From Methanomicrobiales archaeon (GTDB lineage: Archaea > Halobacteriota > Methanomicrobia > Methanomicrobiales > JACTUA01): DNA of 64,000 bases. The notes under the pieces are model-generated. The model was not told the origin of the DNA. It made no database searches and saw only the letters and a program-made list of their open reading frames with translations. Below, piece after piece: positions 10,245 through 20,001 of this stretch. How positions within the stretch are numbered: position 1 is the stretch's first letter; each line of letters begins with the position of its first letter. The position numbers and the translations under genes are program-made. The stretch lies in the NCBI GenBank assembly GCA_015660865.1, contig JACTUA010000001.1, forward strand, positions 200,304-264,303, in the 5' to 3' direction.

Positions 10245-12296
10245 ATGAAAAGAGGAGGAGAGTTATTGACAGATATTCCGGCCTCAACCATCCGGGGAAT
10301 CGGGAAGCTCGCGAGGGATATGGCAGCCATCACCGGGTCCTTCTCCTACCCCGAGACCGCCTACCACCTCCCCATCACCTATGCCCTCACCGGGGTTGCG
10401 GTACAGGACGGTGCATCGGCCCGGCAGGCATTCGCAAAATCCGGGGAAAATCCGCTCGTGGCCTGCGAGTGCCTCCTTGCCTCGAAGGACGCCGCATCGG
10501 GACACGAAGGGGCACCCTACACGGGTTTCATCCCTGACACGGTGCTGCGCAAGCTCGGCTACTCGCTGGTGGACGGATCGATCCTGGGGATGGCCCTCCT
10601 CGCGGGATCTCCGGCCTCTGCCGACGAGGCCGCCGGGATGGCCCGGGAGCTACAGGAGAAGTACATGCTCACCTTCCTTGCCGGGGACATCATCCGCATC
10701 CTCTCCTCTGCCGGGGTGAAGACCGGGCTCGACTACCGGCTGGCCCCCCTCGGGTCCCTTCCCATCCACGGGGTGCACTTCATCGACATCGTCACGCGGG
10801 TGGCCATGATGTTCGGCGGGGTGGTCCCGGGGGATGCAGACCGGCTTATCGCCTATGCCACCGAGCGGGCAAAGGTCTTTGCCATCATCTTCCCGGGGCT
10901 AGCCGACGAGGAGATCGCCTTTATGGATACCCTCAAGGCCCTCTCGATCCCGGTCCTCACCACGGGGGGCTATGAGGGAGGCACCTGGGAGAAGGTGACG
11001 GCCGAGCAGGTGGTGTCCCGCGGGATGGAGCTGAAGGATATCCGGGTCAAGGTGACCGCGATCCCCATCCCCATGGGCTGCTCGCCGGCTTTCGAGGGGA
11101 AGAGCATCCGGAAGGAGGAGATGTACGTGGAGTTCGGGGGCGGGAAGTCGCCGGCCTTCGAGCTCCTCAGGACGGGGAGGCCGGGCGAGGTGGTGGACGG
11201 GCGGGTGACGGTGATCGGCCCCGAGATCGGTGAGATGCGCCAGGGTTCGGCGGTCCCCCTCGGGATCCTCATCGAGGTGGCGGGGAAGAGGATGCGCAAG
11301 GAGTTCGAGCCCGTGCTCGAGCGCCGGATCCACAACTTCGTCAACTACGGCGAGGGCTCCTGGCACGTCGCCCAGAGGAACCTCATCTGGGTCAGGCTCT
11401 CGAAGGAGGCGGTGGCAAAGGGGGTGAAGGTGGAGCACCTGGGGAAGCTCCTTGCTGCCAAGTTCAAGATGGACTTCCCCGAGCTCCTCGATGCCGTCCA
11501 GGTGACCCTCTTCACTGACGGGAAGAAGGTCGTGGAGATGATGGAGGAGGCCGAGCAGACCTACGAGGAGCGGGACCGCCGGGTCCTGGGCATGAAGGAC
11601 GACGAGGTGGACACCTTCTACTCCTGTACCCTCTGCCAGACCTTCGCCCCGAACCATGTCTGCATCATCACCCCCCAGCGGCCCGCCCTCTGCGGGGCGA
11701 TCAGCTGGCTCGACGGGAGGACCGCGTACGAGATCTCTCCGGCAGGCGCAAACCAGCCCGTCAGGAAAGGGAGGCTCATCGATGCGGCACGGGGCGAGTT
11801 CGAAGGGGTGAACGAGTTCGTCCGGAAGGCCTCCCACGGCGAGGTGAACCGCTGCTCCCTCTATGCCCTCATGGAGAACCCCATGACCTGCTGCGGGTGC
11901 TTCGAGTGCATCGCGGTGGTGCTCCCCGAGGTGAACGGGGTCATGGTGGTGAACCGGGAGTTCACCGGCGAGACCCCGTGCGGGATGTCGTTCTCCACCC
12001 TAGCGGGGACCATCGGGGGCGGTGCTCAGACGCCGGGCTTTGCGGGGATCTCCAAGGCCTTCATCCTCTCCGACCGCTTCCTCCAGGCCGAAGGGGGGAT
12101 CGAACGGCTCGTCTGGATCCCCGCCATGCTCAAGGAGGAGCTCGGGCCCAGGCTGGAAAAGAGGCTCGAGGTGATCGGGAAGGCAGACCTCTTCGGGAAG
12201 ATAGCCGACGAGAACGTCGCGAAGACCCTCGAGGAGCTCCAGGAGTTCCTCGCGAGGGTGAACCACCCGGCGCTCTCCATGAGGCCCCTCATCTGA
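10245..12296 (+). CDS. acsB: acetyl-CoA synthase catalytic subunit, bacterial AcsB-like long form (A-cluster)
   Basis: 684 aa from ATG 10245. The N-terminal domain has YPETAYHLPITYALTG, like bacterial AcsB. A-cluster region: CTLCQTFAPNHVCIITPQRPALCGAISWLDGR and CCGCFECI. Confidence 0.9.
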   Translation: MKRGGELLTDIPASTIRGIGKLARDMAAITGSFSYPETAYHLPITYALTGVAVQDGASARQAFAKSGENPLVACECLLASKDAASGHEGAPYTGFIPDTVLRKLGYSLVDGSILGMALLAGSPASADEAAGMARELQEKYMLTFLAGDIIRILSSAGVKTGLDYRLAPLGSLPIHGVHFIDIVTRVAMMFGGVVPGDADRLIAYATERAKVFAIIFPGLADEEIAFMDTLKALSIPVLTTGGYEGGTWEKVTAEQVVSRGMELKDIRVKVTAIPIPMGCSPAFEGKSIRKEEMYVEFGGGKSPAFELLRTGRPGEVVDGRVTVIGPEIGEMRQGSAVPLGILIEVAGKRMRKEFEPVLERRIHNFVNYGEGSWHVAQRNLIWVRLSKEAVAKGVKVEHLGKLLAAKFKMDFPELLDAVQVTLFTDGKKVVEMMEEAEQTYEERDRRVLGMKDDEVDTFYSCTLCQTFAPNHVCIITPQRPALCGAISWLDGRTAYEISPAGANQPVRKGRLIDAARGEFEGVNEFVRKASHGEVNRCSLYALMENPMTCCGCFECIAVVLPEVNGVMVVNREFTGETPCGMSFSTLAGTIGGGAQTPGFAGISKAFILSDRFLQAEGGIERLVWIPAMLKEELGPRLEKRLEVIGKADLFGKIADENVAKTLEELQEFLARVNHPALSMRPLI

Positions 12297-12309
12297 CGGG
12301 AGGCAATCC

Positions 12310-13278
12310 TTGGCAGACGTTCTCCCTCCGGCAGATGCAGGATCCATCGATCTGGTCACCTTAGGTGCAACCAGAACGGAAGGAGGGACCCGGTCCGTCT
12401 CCTACCGGATAGGGGGGTGGGACACCCTTCCCTTCCTCGCTGCTCCCCCTGCGGGCGTGCGGTCGCCCCTTGTCGCCCTCGAGATCTGCGACGATCCCCG
12501 GATCTGGCCGCAGGTGGTAATGAGGGAGCTCGGCGACCTGTCCGGGGATACTGCAGCATGGGCGAGGGAGGCCGAGAAACGCTTCTCTGCGGACCTCGTG
12601 CGCCTGGTCCTGACATCGACGAGGGACCGGGCCTTCTCCGACTTCCCTGCCATCGGGCGTACGGTGGAGGCTGTCCTCTCGGCCACCGGCCTCCCCCTGA
12701 TCATCGAGGGATCGAGCGAGGCCGAACGGGATCGTGAGGTCTTCCAGAAGTGCGGCGAGGCGGGGGCAGGCGAGCGCCTCCTCCTGGGGACCGCGGAAGC
12801 CGACCGGTACCGGTCGGTGGCGGCGGCAGCCCTTGCCTACGGCCACTCGGTTATCGCCCAGTCCCCCATCGATATCAACCTCGCGAAGCAGCTGAACATC
12901 CTCCTCCGGGAGATCGGGGTCCCCCATGACCGGATCGTCATCGACCCGTACACCGGTGCCCTCGGCTATGGCTTCGAGTACTCCTACTCGGTCATGGAGC
13001 GGATCCGGGACTCCGCCCTCAAGGGGGACCGCGACCTCGCCATGCCCATGATCAGCCAGGCCCCGGATTCCCTCACGGTCAAGGAGGTCCGGGAAGCGCC
13101 GCCGGAATGGCAGCGTGATATCGCGATCCGGTGGGAGTTCGGCTTCGCGCTCTCGGCGGCGGTGGCCGGAGCGGACATCGTCTCGGTCCGGCACCCGGAG
13201 AGCGTGAGGCTCCTCAAGACAGCCTTCCGCAGCCTCTCGCCCGTGACGCCCGGGGGAGGTGGTGCGGGTGGCGCTTAA
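12310..13278 (+). CDS. acsD: corrinoid iron-sulfur protein small subunit (AcsD/CdhD-like)
   Basis: 322 aa TIM-barrel-like sequence (LVTLGATRTEGGTRSVSYRIGG..PLIIEGS..DPYTGALGYGFEYSYS) in the position between acsB and acsC. Confidence 0.85.
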   Translation: MADVLPPADAGSIDLVTLGATRTEGGTRSVSYRIGGWDTLPFLAAPPAGVRSPLVALEICDDPRIWPQVVMRELGDLSGDTAAWAREAEKRFSADLVRLVLTSTRDRAFSDFPAIGRTVEAVLSATGLPLIIEGSSEAERDREVFQKCGEAGAGERLLLGTAEADRYRSVAAAALAYGHSVIAQSPIDINLAKQLNILLREIGVPHDRIVIDPYTGALGYGFEYSYSVMERIRDSALKGDRDLAMPMISQAPDSLTVKEVREAPPEWQRDIAIRWEFGFALSAAVAGADIVSVRHPESVRLLKTAFRSLSPVTPGGGGAGGA

Positions 13279-14620
13279 GGCCCTCGATATCTACAAGATG
13301 CTCCCGAAGAAGAACTGCAAGGAGTGCGGCTATCCTACCTGCCTTACCTTTGCAATGAAGCTCGCGGCAGGAAAGGCAGATGCCGATACCTGCCCATATC
13401 TCGACGATGCTACCAAGCAGATCCTCCGGGGCGCGACCCGGCCGCCCATCCAGCTCGTGAAGCTGGGGGTGGGCGAGCGGTCCGTCCCGGTGGGTGACGA
13501 GATCGTCCTCTTCCGGCACGAGAAGACCTTCTACCACCCCCCTGGCATCCTCTTCTCGGTCTCGGACCTCTGGGAGAAGGAGAGGATCGTTGCCGCCGCA
13601 GAGCGGGTGATGGCGGAGGTCTTCCCGAGGGTGGGAGAGAACCTCCGGTTCAACGGGGTTGCCATACGGAACGAGAGCAGGAACCCGGAGGCCTTCGGGA
13701 AGGCCGTTGCCGCCGTCGAGGAGGTGGCAGAGTTCCCAGAGGTTCTCATCTCCGATTCCGCAGAGGCCCTCGCCTCCGGGCTCTCTTTCTGCGGGAACTA
13801 TCGGCCTGTGATCCATGCCGCGACCCTCGATAACCACGAAGCGGTAGCGCCACTCGCAAAACGATTCGGGTGCCCCCTGGTCGTCCGGGCCAGGGATCTG
13901 GGCGATCTTGCAAGGCTCGCAAAGGCCTGCACAGACCTCCGGGTTCGGGATCTCATCCTCGACCCCGCCCCCGCAACCCTCGGAGAGTTCCTTATCAGGT
14001 CCACTGCTATCCGGAAGAGGGCTATCGACCGGAGTGAGCCTGAGCTCGGTCACCCGGTCTACCTTGACGCCACGGCCTGTGTGCCCGAAGAAGCGGCCAT
14101 CGTAACGGGCATCCTGAAGTACGCCGGGGTCATCGTTACCTCCGTCCTCCCCCCCGGCACCGCGAGGATGGTCCTCACCCTCCGGCAGAACATCTACACC
14201 GATCCCCAGAAACCCATCCAGATGACCCCGGGGCTCTACCGTGTCGGTGAACCGGGCCCTGACTCACCCGTGCTCGCGACCGTGAACTTCTCCCTCACGT
14301 ACTTCACCCTCCTCGGGTACCTGGAGGCCTCCCGGATCCCCTGCCACCTCCTCATCGTGGACACCGAGGGGTTCTCGGTGCTCACTGCAGTTGCAGCGGG
14401 GAAACTCTCCGAGAAGCTCATCAAGGAGTCCATGGAACGGTTCCAGGTGGCCGGGCAGGTAAAGCACAGGATCCTCATCATCCCGGGCTATGCAGCACCC
14501 CTCTCGGGCCGGATCGAGGAGGTGACCGGCTGGAAGGTCCTCGTGGGGCCGAGGGATGCGGCTGACATCGGGGAGTTCCTGGAGAAGGAATGGGTGGCGA
14601 AGAACCAGCCGGCTCCATGA
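13259..14620 (+). CDS. acsC: corrinoid iron-sulfur protein large subunit (AcsC/CdhE-like)
   Basis: N-terminal [4Fe-4S] motif LPKKNCKECGYPTCLTFAMKLAAGKADADTCPY. About 450 aa. Several adjacent GTG starts (13259-13268) follow GGGGGAGG and overlap the acsD stop. Confidence 0.9.
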   Translation: MVRVALKALDIYKMLPKKNCKECGYPTCLTFAMKLAAGKADADTCPYLDDATKQILRGATRPPIQLVKLGVGERSVPVGDEIVLFRHEKTFYHPPGILFSVSDLWEKERIVAAAERVMAEVFPRVGENLRFNGVAIRNESRNPEAFGKAVAAVEEVAEFPEVLISDSAEALASGLSFCGNYRPVIHAATLDNHEAVAPLAKRFGCPLVVRARDLGDLARLAKACTDLRVRDLILDPAPATLGEFLIRSTAIRKRAIDRSEPELGHPVYLDATACVPEEAAIVTGILKYAGVIVTSVLPPGTARMVLTLRQNIYTDPQKPIQMTPGLYRVGEPGPDSPVLATVNFSLTYFTLLGYLEASRIPCHLLIVDTEGFSVLTAVAAGKLSEKLIKESMERFQVAGQVKHRILIIPGYAAPLSGRIEEVTGWKVLVGPRDAADIGEFLEKEWVAKNQPAP

Positions 14621-14776
14621 CATCGATCCACCTTTCGGTGCCCTATCCCGGATCCTCCTGACCTCCCCTCTGTCCGGGAACACCTGAACACCATATGTAT
14701 ATCTGGCCCTTTCCTCCAAGATCTGTACCATGGAGACGGACGGCCCGCCCGTTCAGACGCAGGGGGGACCTGACTG

Positions 14777-16678
14777 ATGCCGGTCATCACCTTCCTCCCC
14801 AGCTACCGGAAGATAACGGTTGAATCCGGAACCACGATCCTCGATGCCGCCCGGCTGGCGGGGTTCCAGATGAATGTCGTCTGCGGCGGGCAGGGCAAGT
14901 GCGGGAAGTGCATCGTCTTTGTAAAAGCCGGCGAGGTGTCCTTTGACCGGGAGAAGTTCGGGAGGTTCTTCACCGGTGAGGAGCTCGAGGCTGGGGGCTG
15001 CCTCGGGTGCCAGGCGGCTGTCCTCGGGGACCTCCAGGTCCTGATCCCCGAGAGCTCCCTCATCCAGGAGCAGAAGATCCTGATAGAATCCCTGGGGCTC
15101 GAGACAGCCTTCTCCCCCTCGGTCTGGAAGTATGCCCTGGAGCTCCAGCCCCCGACCCTCGATGACCCGTCACCCGATCTCACCCGGCTCCTCTGGGGGA
15201 TCGAGAAGAAAGGGGGGCCGGTGGTCGAGAAGATCTACGCCCCCCTCGAGGTCCTCCACCTCATCCCCCGTGTCCTCCGCGAGAGCGGGTGGCGGGTGAC
15301 CGGAACGGTCGCACTCGTCCCGGGCGGCTACCGGCTCATCAACGTGGAGAAGGGCGATACGACGGCGCAACTCTACGGTGCGGCGGTGGACCTGGGGACC
15401 ACCACCATCGTGGTCTACGTGCGGTCCCTCGTCGATGGGAAGGTGGTAGGGGTTGCCTCGAACTACAACCGCCAGATCACCTGCGGGGAGGATATCCTCT
15501 CCCGGGTGAACTATGCAAGGAAAGGCGGGCTCCCGAAGCTCCAGGCACTTGCAGCCGAAAGCATCAACATCGCGCTCAAGAGCGCGGCGAATACGGCGGG
15601 GATAGACCTGGACGACGTCTACGAGGTCGTCGTCTCTGGAAACACCATCATGACCCATATCCTTATGGGGATGGATCCGGCCTACATGATCGAGGAGCCC
15701 TATGTCCCCGTCGTCCGCCGCTACCTCACCGCCTCGGCCCAGCGGCTCGGGATCACGGTGAACGGGAACGCGGGGCTCTTCATCTTCCCCGCGGTGAGCG
15801 ACTTCATCGGCGGGGACATCGTGGCCGATATCCTTGCCTGCGGGATGAGCGAGGGGGAAGATGTCTCCCTCATGATCGACATCGGGACCAACTTCGAGGT
15901 GGTCCTCGGGAACAGGGACTGGATGTTCGCCTGCGCAGGGGCCGCCGGCCCCGCTCTCGAGGGGGGTGAGGTCCTCTTCGGGATGCGGGCGAACCCGGGG
16001 GCGATCGAGCGGATCACGCTCGACATGGAGACCCTGAAGCCCCACTATGAGACGATCAACCAGGTGAAACCGAGGGGGATCTGCGGGTCCGGACTCATCG
16101 ACCTCCTCGCCGAGCTCCTCCGGGCATGCGTCATCGACCGCACGGGCCGGATCAATACGAATATCCCGGACGATCGGGTCCGCATGGGGGCCCACCACCC
16201 CGAGTTCGTGGTGGCCTGGAAGGAGGAGACCGGTATCGGGAAGGACATCGTCATCACCGAGAACGACATCAAGAGCCTCATCATGTCCAAGGCCTCGATC
16301 CTCGCGGCCTGCATCCTCCTCATGAAGGAGGCCGGGATCGAGAGGGAGGCCGTGAAGAAGATCTACTTCTCCGGCGCATTCGGGAACTACATCAACAAAG
16401 AGAATGCCATCCTCGTCGGCCTGGTCCCCGAGGTCCCGGTGGAGCAGATCAGGAACATCGGGAACGGGGCCGTGGAGGGGGCAAACATCGCACTCATCAA
16501 CCGTAAGATGCGGAAGCGCCTCGACGAGATCGCAAAGACCGTTGCCTACATCGAGCTGAACGCCGAGCCGGCCTTCATGGACGAGTATACCCGGGCATCT
16601 TTCCTCCCCCACACCGACCTCTCCCTCTTCCCCGGCGTCCAGAGGATCCTGGACTCCTGCAGGGTCCGCCGGGGGTGA
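14777..16678 (+). CDS. reductive activator of CoFeSP (RACo/AcsV-like: 2Fe-2S ferredoxin plus ASKHA ATPase)
   Basis: N-terminal plant-type ferredoxin (VVCGGQGKCGKCIV). ASKHA motifs (AAVDLGTTTIVVY, MIDIGTNFEVVLG). 633 aa and CoFeSP neighbourhood. Confidence 0.85.
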   Translation: MPVITFLPSYRKITVESGTTILDAARLAGFQMNVVCGGQGKCGKCIVFVKAGEVSFDREKFGRFFTGEELEAGGCLGCQAAVLGDLQVLIPESSLIQEQKILIESLGLETAFSPSVWKYALELQPPTLDDPSPDLTRLLWGIEKKGGPVVEKIYAPLEVLHLIPRVLRESGWRVTGTVALVPGGYRLINVEKGDTTAQLYGAAVDLGTTTIVVYVRSLVDGKVVGVASNYNRQITCGEDILSRVNYARKGGLPKLQALAAESINIALKSAANTAGIDLDDVYEVVVSGNTIMTHILMGMDPAYMIEEPYVPVVRRYLTASAQRLGITVNGNAGLFIFPAVSDFIGGDIVADILACGMSEGEDVSLMIDIGTNFEVVLGNRDWMFACAGAAGPALEGGEVLFGMRANPGAIERITLDMETLKPHYETINQVKPRGICGSGLIDLLAELLRACVIDRTGRINTNIPDDRVRMGAHHPEFVVAWKEETGIGKDIVITENDIKSLIMSKASILAACILLMKEAGIEREAVKKIYFSGAFGNYINKENAILVGLVPEVPVEQIRNIGNGAVEGANIALINRKMRKRLDEIAKTVAYIELNAEPAFMDEYTRASFLPHTDLSLFPGVQRILDSCRVRRG

Positions 16679-16691
16679 CCGGTTGTCCCAG

Positions 16692-17717
16692 ATGATACCG
16701 CCACCGGGAACCCTTGCCACTGGCGTCGGGGCCCTCCCCCACCGGGACCCGAAGCTGGCTGTCGACGAGGTTCTCCGGATCTTTCCCCGGTTCCCGTACA
16801 TCCCCACCCTCCCGAACCGTGGCTTCCTCGAGAGTATCGTCTTCTCAGATTCGGCCATGCTCCCGGGCCGGATCATCCGGGACGGACGGCTCATGGTCGA
16901 CACCTCCCGTGATCTCCTGGGTGACATGGAGAGGATCTACCTGGATTACATGGAAAAGACAACCGCCCCGTATGCAACCCTTTCCGAGTATGGTTCGGGT
17001 TTTCACGAGATGATGACCCGGACCATCAGTGGCGCCATGGTGCTCAAGTGCCAGGTGACGGGGCCTGTCACCTTCGGCATGCAGGTAGTGGATGCGGCCA
17101 AGCGCCCCATCTACTATGATCCCCAGTTCGCAGACATTCTGGGGAAGCTCATGGCCCTCCGTGCCCGCTGGTGCGAGGAGGAGATGCGAAGGCGGACGGG
17201 GGTATTACATACCCTCGTGATCCTGAACGAGCCGTACCTTGCCTCACTCGGATCCTCGGTGATCCCCATCGACAGCGACTCGCTCATCTCCAACTGGAAA
17301 GACATCTCGGCCCTCGTTGATGGGGGCCTCGGGATCCACTGCTGCACAAACACAGACTGGTCCTTCCTCATCTCCCTCGACCCCTCGGTCATCTCCTTCG
17401 ATGCCTTTGGGAATGCGAAGGAGTTCATCCTCTACATGGACGACGTTGCACGATACATGGAGTCGGGAGGGGTCATCGCCTGGGGCATCGTCCCCTCCGA
17501 CCCGAAGGTCTTCGGCAGGGAGACGGTTGACTCACTGACGAACCGTTACCTCGGGATCCGGAAGACGGTGACAGAACATGTGGACAGGGAGATCTTTGAC
17601 AGGGCATCCCTCATCACGCCGAGCTGCGGGATCCAGCTCGGGACCGAGGGCGAGGCGGTGGCGATCATGGAGGCGGCAGCAGCCATCGCGGGGCGTGTAC
17701 CTGGGGTGATACAGTGA
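16692..17717 (+). CDS. MetE-like (cobalamin-independent methionine synthase catalytic-domain family) Zn methyltransferase, function unproven
   Basis: About 340 aa. GVGALPHRDP at the N-terminus. Candidate Zn ligands GIHCCTN (His-x-Cys) and ITPSCGIQ (Cys) are spaced as in MetE/core-MetE. Start is ATG 16692 or TTG 16683. Confidence 0.55.
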   Translation: MIPPPGTLATGVGALPHRDPKLAVDEVLRIFPRFPYIPTLPNRGFLESIVFSDSAMLPGRIIRDGRLMVDTSRDLLGDMERIYLDYMEKTTAPYATLSEYGSGFHEMMTRTISGAMVLKCQVTGPVTFGMQVVDAAKRPIYYDPQFADILGKLMALRARWCEEEMRRRTGVLHTLVILNEPYLASLGSSVIPIDSDSLISNWKDISALVDGGLGIHCCTNTDWSFLISLDPSVISFDAFGNAKEFILYMDDVARYMESGGVIAWGIVPSDPKVFGRETVDSLTNRYLGIRKTVTEHVDREIFDRASLITPSCGIQLGTEGEAVAIMEAAAAIAGRVPGVIQ

Positions 17718-18535
17718 AAGGACCCTGCAGGATCGCCATCTCGGGAAAGGGTGGAACCGGCAAGACCACCATCTCCGCCCTCCTCATCCAGGCCCTCATC
17801 GGGATGGGAGAGTCCCCCATCCTCGCCGTGGATGCGGACCCGAACGCCAACCTGAACGAGGCCCTGGGACTCCCCCTCCGCGAGACCCTGGGGTCCATGC
17901 GGGAGGATGCCTTCACGAAGTCCATCCCGCCCGGGATGTCCCGGACGGGCTACATCGAGTACCGGTTCCAGCAGGTCCTCGTCGAATCGGAAGGGGTCGA
18001 CCTCCTCGCCATGGGGAGGCCCGAGGGGACCGGGTGCTACTGCTTCGCGAACCGCCTCCTCTCGGAGGCCATGGACCTCCTCACGCGCCATTACCGGTTC
18101 GTGGTGATGGACATGGAAGCGGGGATGGAGCACTTCTCCCGGGGGACCATCGGGATCCCTGACCTCCTCCTGGTCGTCACCGACCCCGGGGCCCGCGGGG
18201 TTCGCACTGCAGGGAGGATCCATGACCTGGCAATCACCCTCGGAATACCGGATGAGCGGATCTACCTTGTGATGAACCGGGCCGGGGCAGAGGGGGGTAC
18301 GGAGGGGATCGGGGCGAGGGGCGCAGACCGGATCGGGGCGGCGGGCGCAGACTGGATCGGGGCGAGGGGGATCCTCGCGTCCATCCCCGAGGACACGGAG
18401 GTGGAGAGAGCTGACCTCGATGCCCGGCCCATCGTCTCCATCCCGGAAGGGAGCGCTGCCCGGCGTGCGGTCGGTAACCTTGCGGACCGGGTCCGCTCCC
18501 TCTGCACTACCCCTCCCGGGTATCCTTCTTCGTGA
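17714..18535 (+). CDS. cooC: CooC/AcsF-type nickel-insertion ATPase
   Basis: GTGA overlap with the previous gene. Deviant Walker A ISGKGGTGKTT, then AVDADPNANL, CYCF and VVMDMEAGMEH. These are CooC hallmarks. Confidence 0.85.
   Translation: MKGPCRIAISGKGGTGKTTISALLIQALIGMGESPILAVDADPNANLNEALGLPLRETLGSMREDAFTKSIPPGMSRTGYIEYRFQQVLVESEGVDLLAMGRPEGTGCYCFANRLLSEAMDLLTRHYRFVVMDMEAGMEHFSRGTIGIPDLLLVVTDPGARGVRTAGRIHDLAITLGIPDERIYLVMNRAGAEGGTEGIGARGADRIGAAGADWIGARGILASIPEDTEVERADLDARPIVSIPEGSAARRAVGNLADRVRSLCTTPPGYPSS
18306..18370. repeat. in-frame 24-nt tandem repeat (about 2.7 units) inside cooC
   Basis: GGATCGGGGCGAGGGGCGCAGACC / GGATCGGGGCGGCGGGCGCAGACT / GGATCGGGGCGAGGGGG, encoding GIGARGAD-RIGAAGAD-WIGARG. 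Confidence 0.85.
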
Positions 18536-19991
18536 CCCGGGAACCTGCTTCAATGGTGAACGGTCCACGGGCGTTCCCCGAAAGGTCGCATCCCTCCAGG
18601 GTTGCCATGGCCTTCTGGTAGACCCAGACACCGACGTCCCGGTTGCCGGTTACCTGGCACCTGATGAGACGGGGGTGGGCTCCTCCCCGTGCCGAAACAC
18701 CTGCGTACAGGTTCCCGGTGATCCGGCATTCCTCGAAGACCCCCTTCCCCTTCTCGCTTGCACCCACCCCGAACTGGCCGTCGTGGATGGTGCACCTCTT
18801 CACGAGGGGGTTCCCTCCCCGGGTGATGAAGAGGCCCCGGGCGTTCCCTGCGATATCGCTGTCCTCGAAGACCCCCTTCCCGCGGTCGCTCACCTCGATA
18901 CCGAAATTGCCATGGTGGATGGTGCACTTCTGGACCACAGGATCAGCCCCCTCGCGGACGAGGATCCCCGCATAGGCATACCGCGTGATCTCCGAGCCCC
19001 CGAGGTTTCCCCCTGCCCGTGAACCGAACTCGATGCCATAGTGGCCCCCCTCGATATGGCATCCATGTATCCCGGCCTCAGCACCTTCCCCCAGCGTGAT
19101 ACCCGAGCGGCTCGAGGATATCCTTAACCCATCCAGCTGTGCGGAGGCACGGGCAGAGACGAGGATTGCACCTGTGCGGAATGTGTGAAGGGTCAGCCGC
19201 CGGAGGATACCGCGGGTCCGGCTTCCGGCCAGGAATATGCCTGTATCCCCGGTTGTAAGGGTGCAGTCCTCCATGAGAGCGGTCCCCCGGAGGATCTCTA
19301 CGAGCCTCGGCGCCGTCTCTTCCCCCATGGACCCTCTGATGGTGGCGCCATGAAGGAAGAAGGTCTCTGCCTTTGCCTGGATAACCGTCCCACCCGTTCC
19401 TTCCAGGACGATCCCGGAGGCCGGACCTTCACCGATGATCTCGACAGATCTCTCGATCTTCAGCGCTTCGCGGTAGACTCCCGGGCGTACGAAGATGCGG
19501 GTCCCGGGCGCTGCTGCAGCGACAGCCTCAGAGATGGTGCGGAAATTGCCATCCCCTGCCGGCGTGACGATGAGGCTATCCGGAGGGTAAGGGATCGCTG
19601 TACCGGATGGTACGACTCCCTCGCCCCGGCGTCTTTTTCCCGCCTTCCTTTCCATGGCCTTTGCATCTTCCTGGGTGAGCGCCGAGAGGGCAAGAGCCCA
19701 GGATACCACGGCCCAGAGGGCATGCTCCTCCGCAAACCCGAGCTCCTGGACGATCCTTCCCGTGAGCCGGCGTACGAGGATCTCCTTTGGTACGGACGGG
19801 GAGAGGGCAAGGAGCTCCTCGGGGATGTGTTTTTTGTGGACACTCGCGAGGAGGAAGATCTCACGGTCACAGGCGCCGCAGGTGTCCCGCAGGAGGCCCT
19901 CGCAACGCCTTGGATCGCCCACGATCTCCCGGCCATACCGGGAGACGATCGTCGCGAGCTCCTCCCTGGGACGGTCCGTGGCGATAGCCAT
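18507..19991 (-). CDS. right-handed parallel beta-helix (PbH1/NosD-like) repeat protein with a distinct helical N-terminal domain
   Basis: 494 aa. The C-terminal two thirds consist of repeated roughly 23-aa units (..G..I..C.I.....GI.....). Last gene of the vWA-PP2C-kinase operon. It overlaps convergent cooC by 29 nt. Confidence 0.7.
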   Translation of the reverse strand: MAIATDRPREELATIVSRYGREIVGDPRRCEGLLRDTCGACDREIFLLASVHKKHIPEELLALSPSVPKEILVRRLTGRIVQELGFAEEHALWAVVSWALALSALTQEDAKAMERKAGKRRRGEGVVPSGTAIPYPPDSLIVTPAGDGNFRTISEAVAAAAPGTRIFVRPGVYREALKIERSVEIIGEGPASGIVLEGTGGTVIQAKAETFFLHGATIRGSMGEETAPRLVEILRGTALMEDCTLTTGDTGIFLAGSRTRGILRRLTLHTFRTGAILVSARASAQLDGLRISSSRSGITLGEGAEAGIHGCHIEGGHYGIEFGSRAGGNLGGSEITRYAYAGILVREGADPVVQKCTIHHGNFGIEVSDRGKGVFEDSDIAGNARGLFITRGGNPLVKRCTIHDGQFGVGASEKGKGVFEECRITGNLYAGVSARGGAHPRLIRCQVTGNRDVGVWVYQKAMATLEGCDLSGNARGPFTIEAGSRVTKKDTREG

Positions 19992-20001
19992 TCCTCCTTC
20001 T

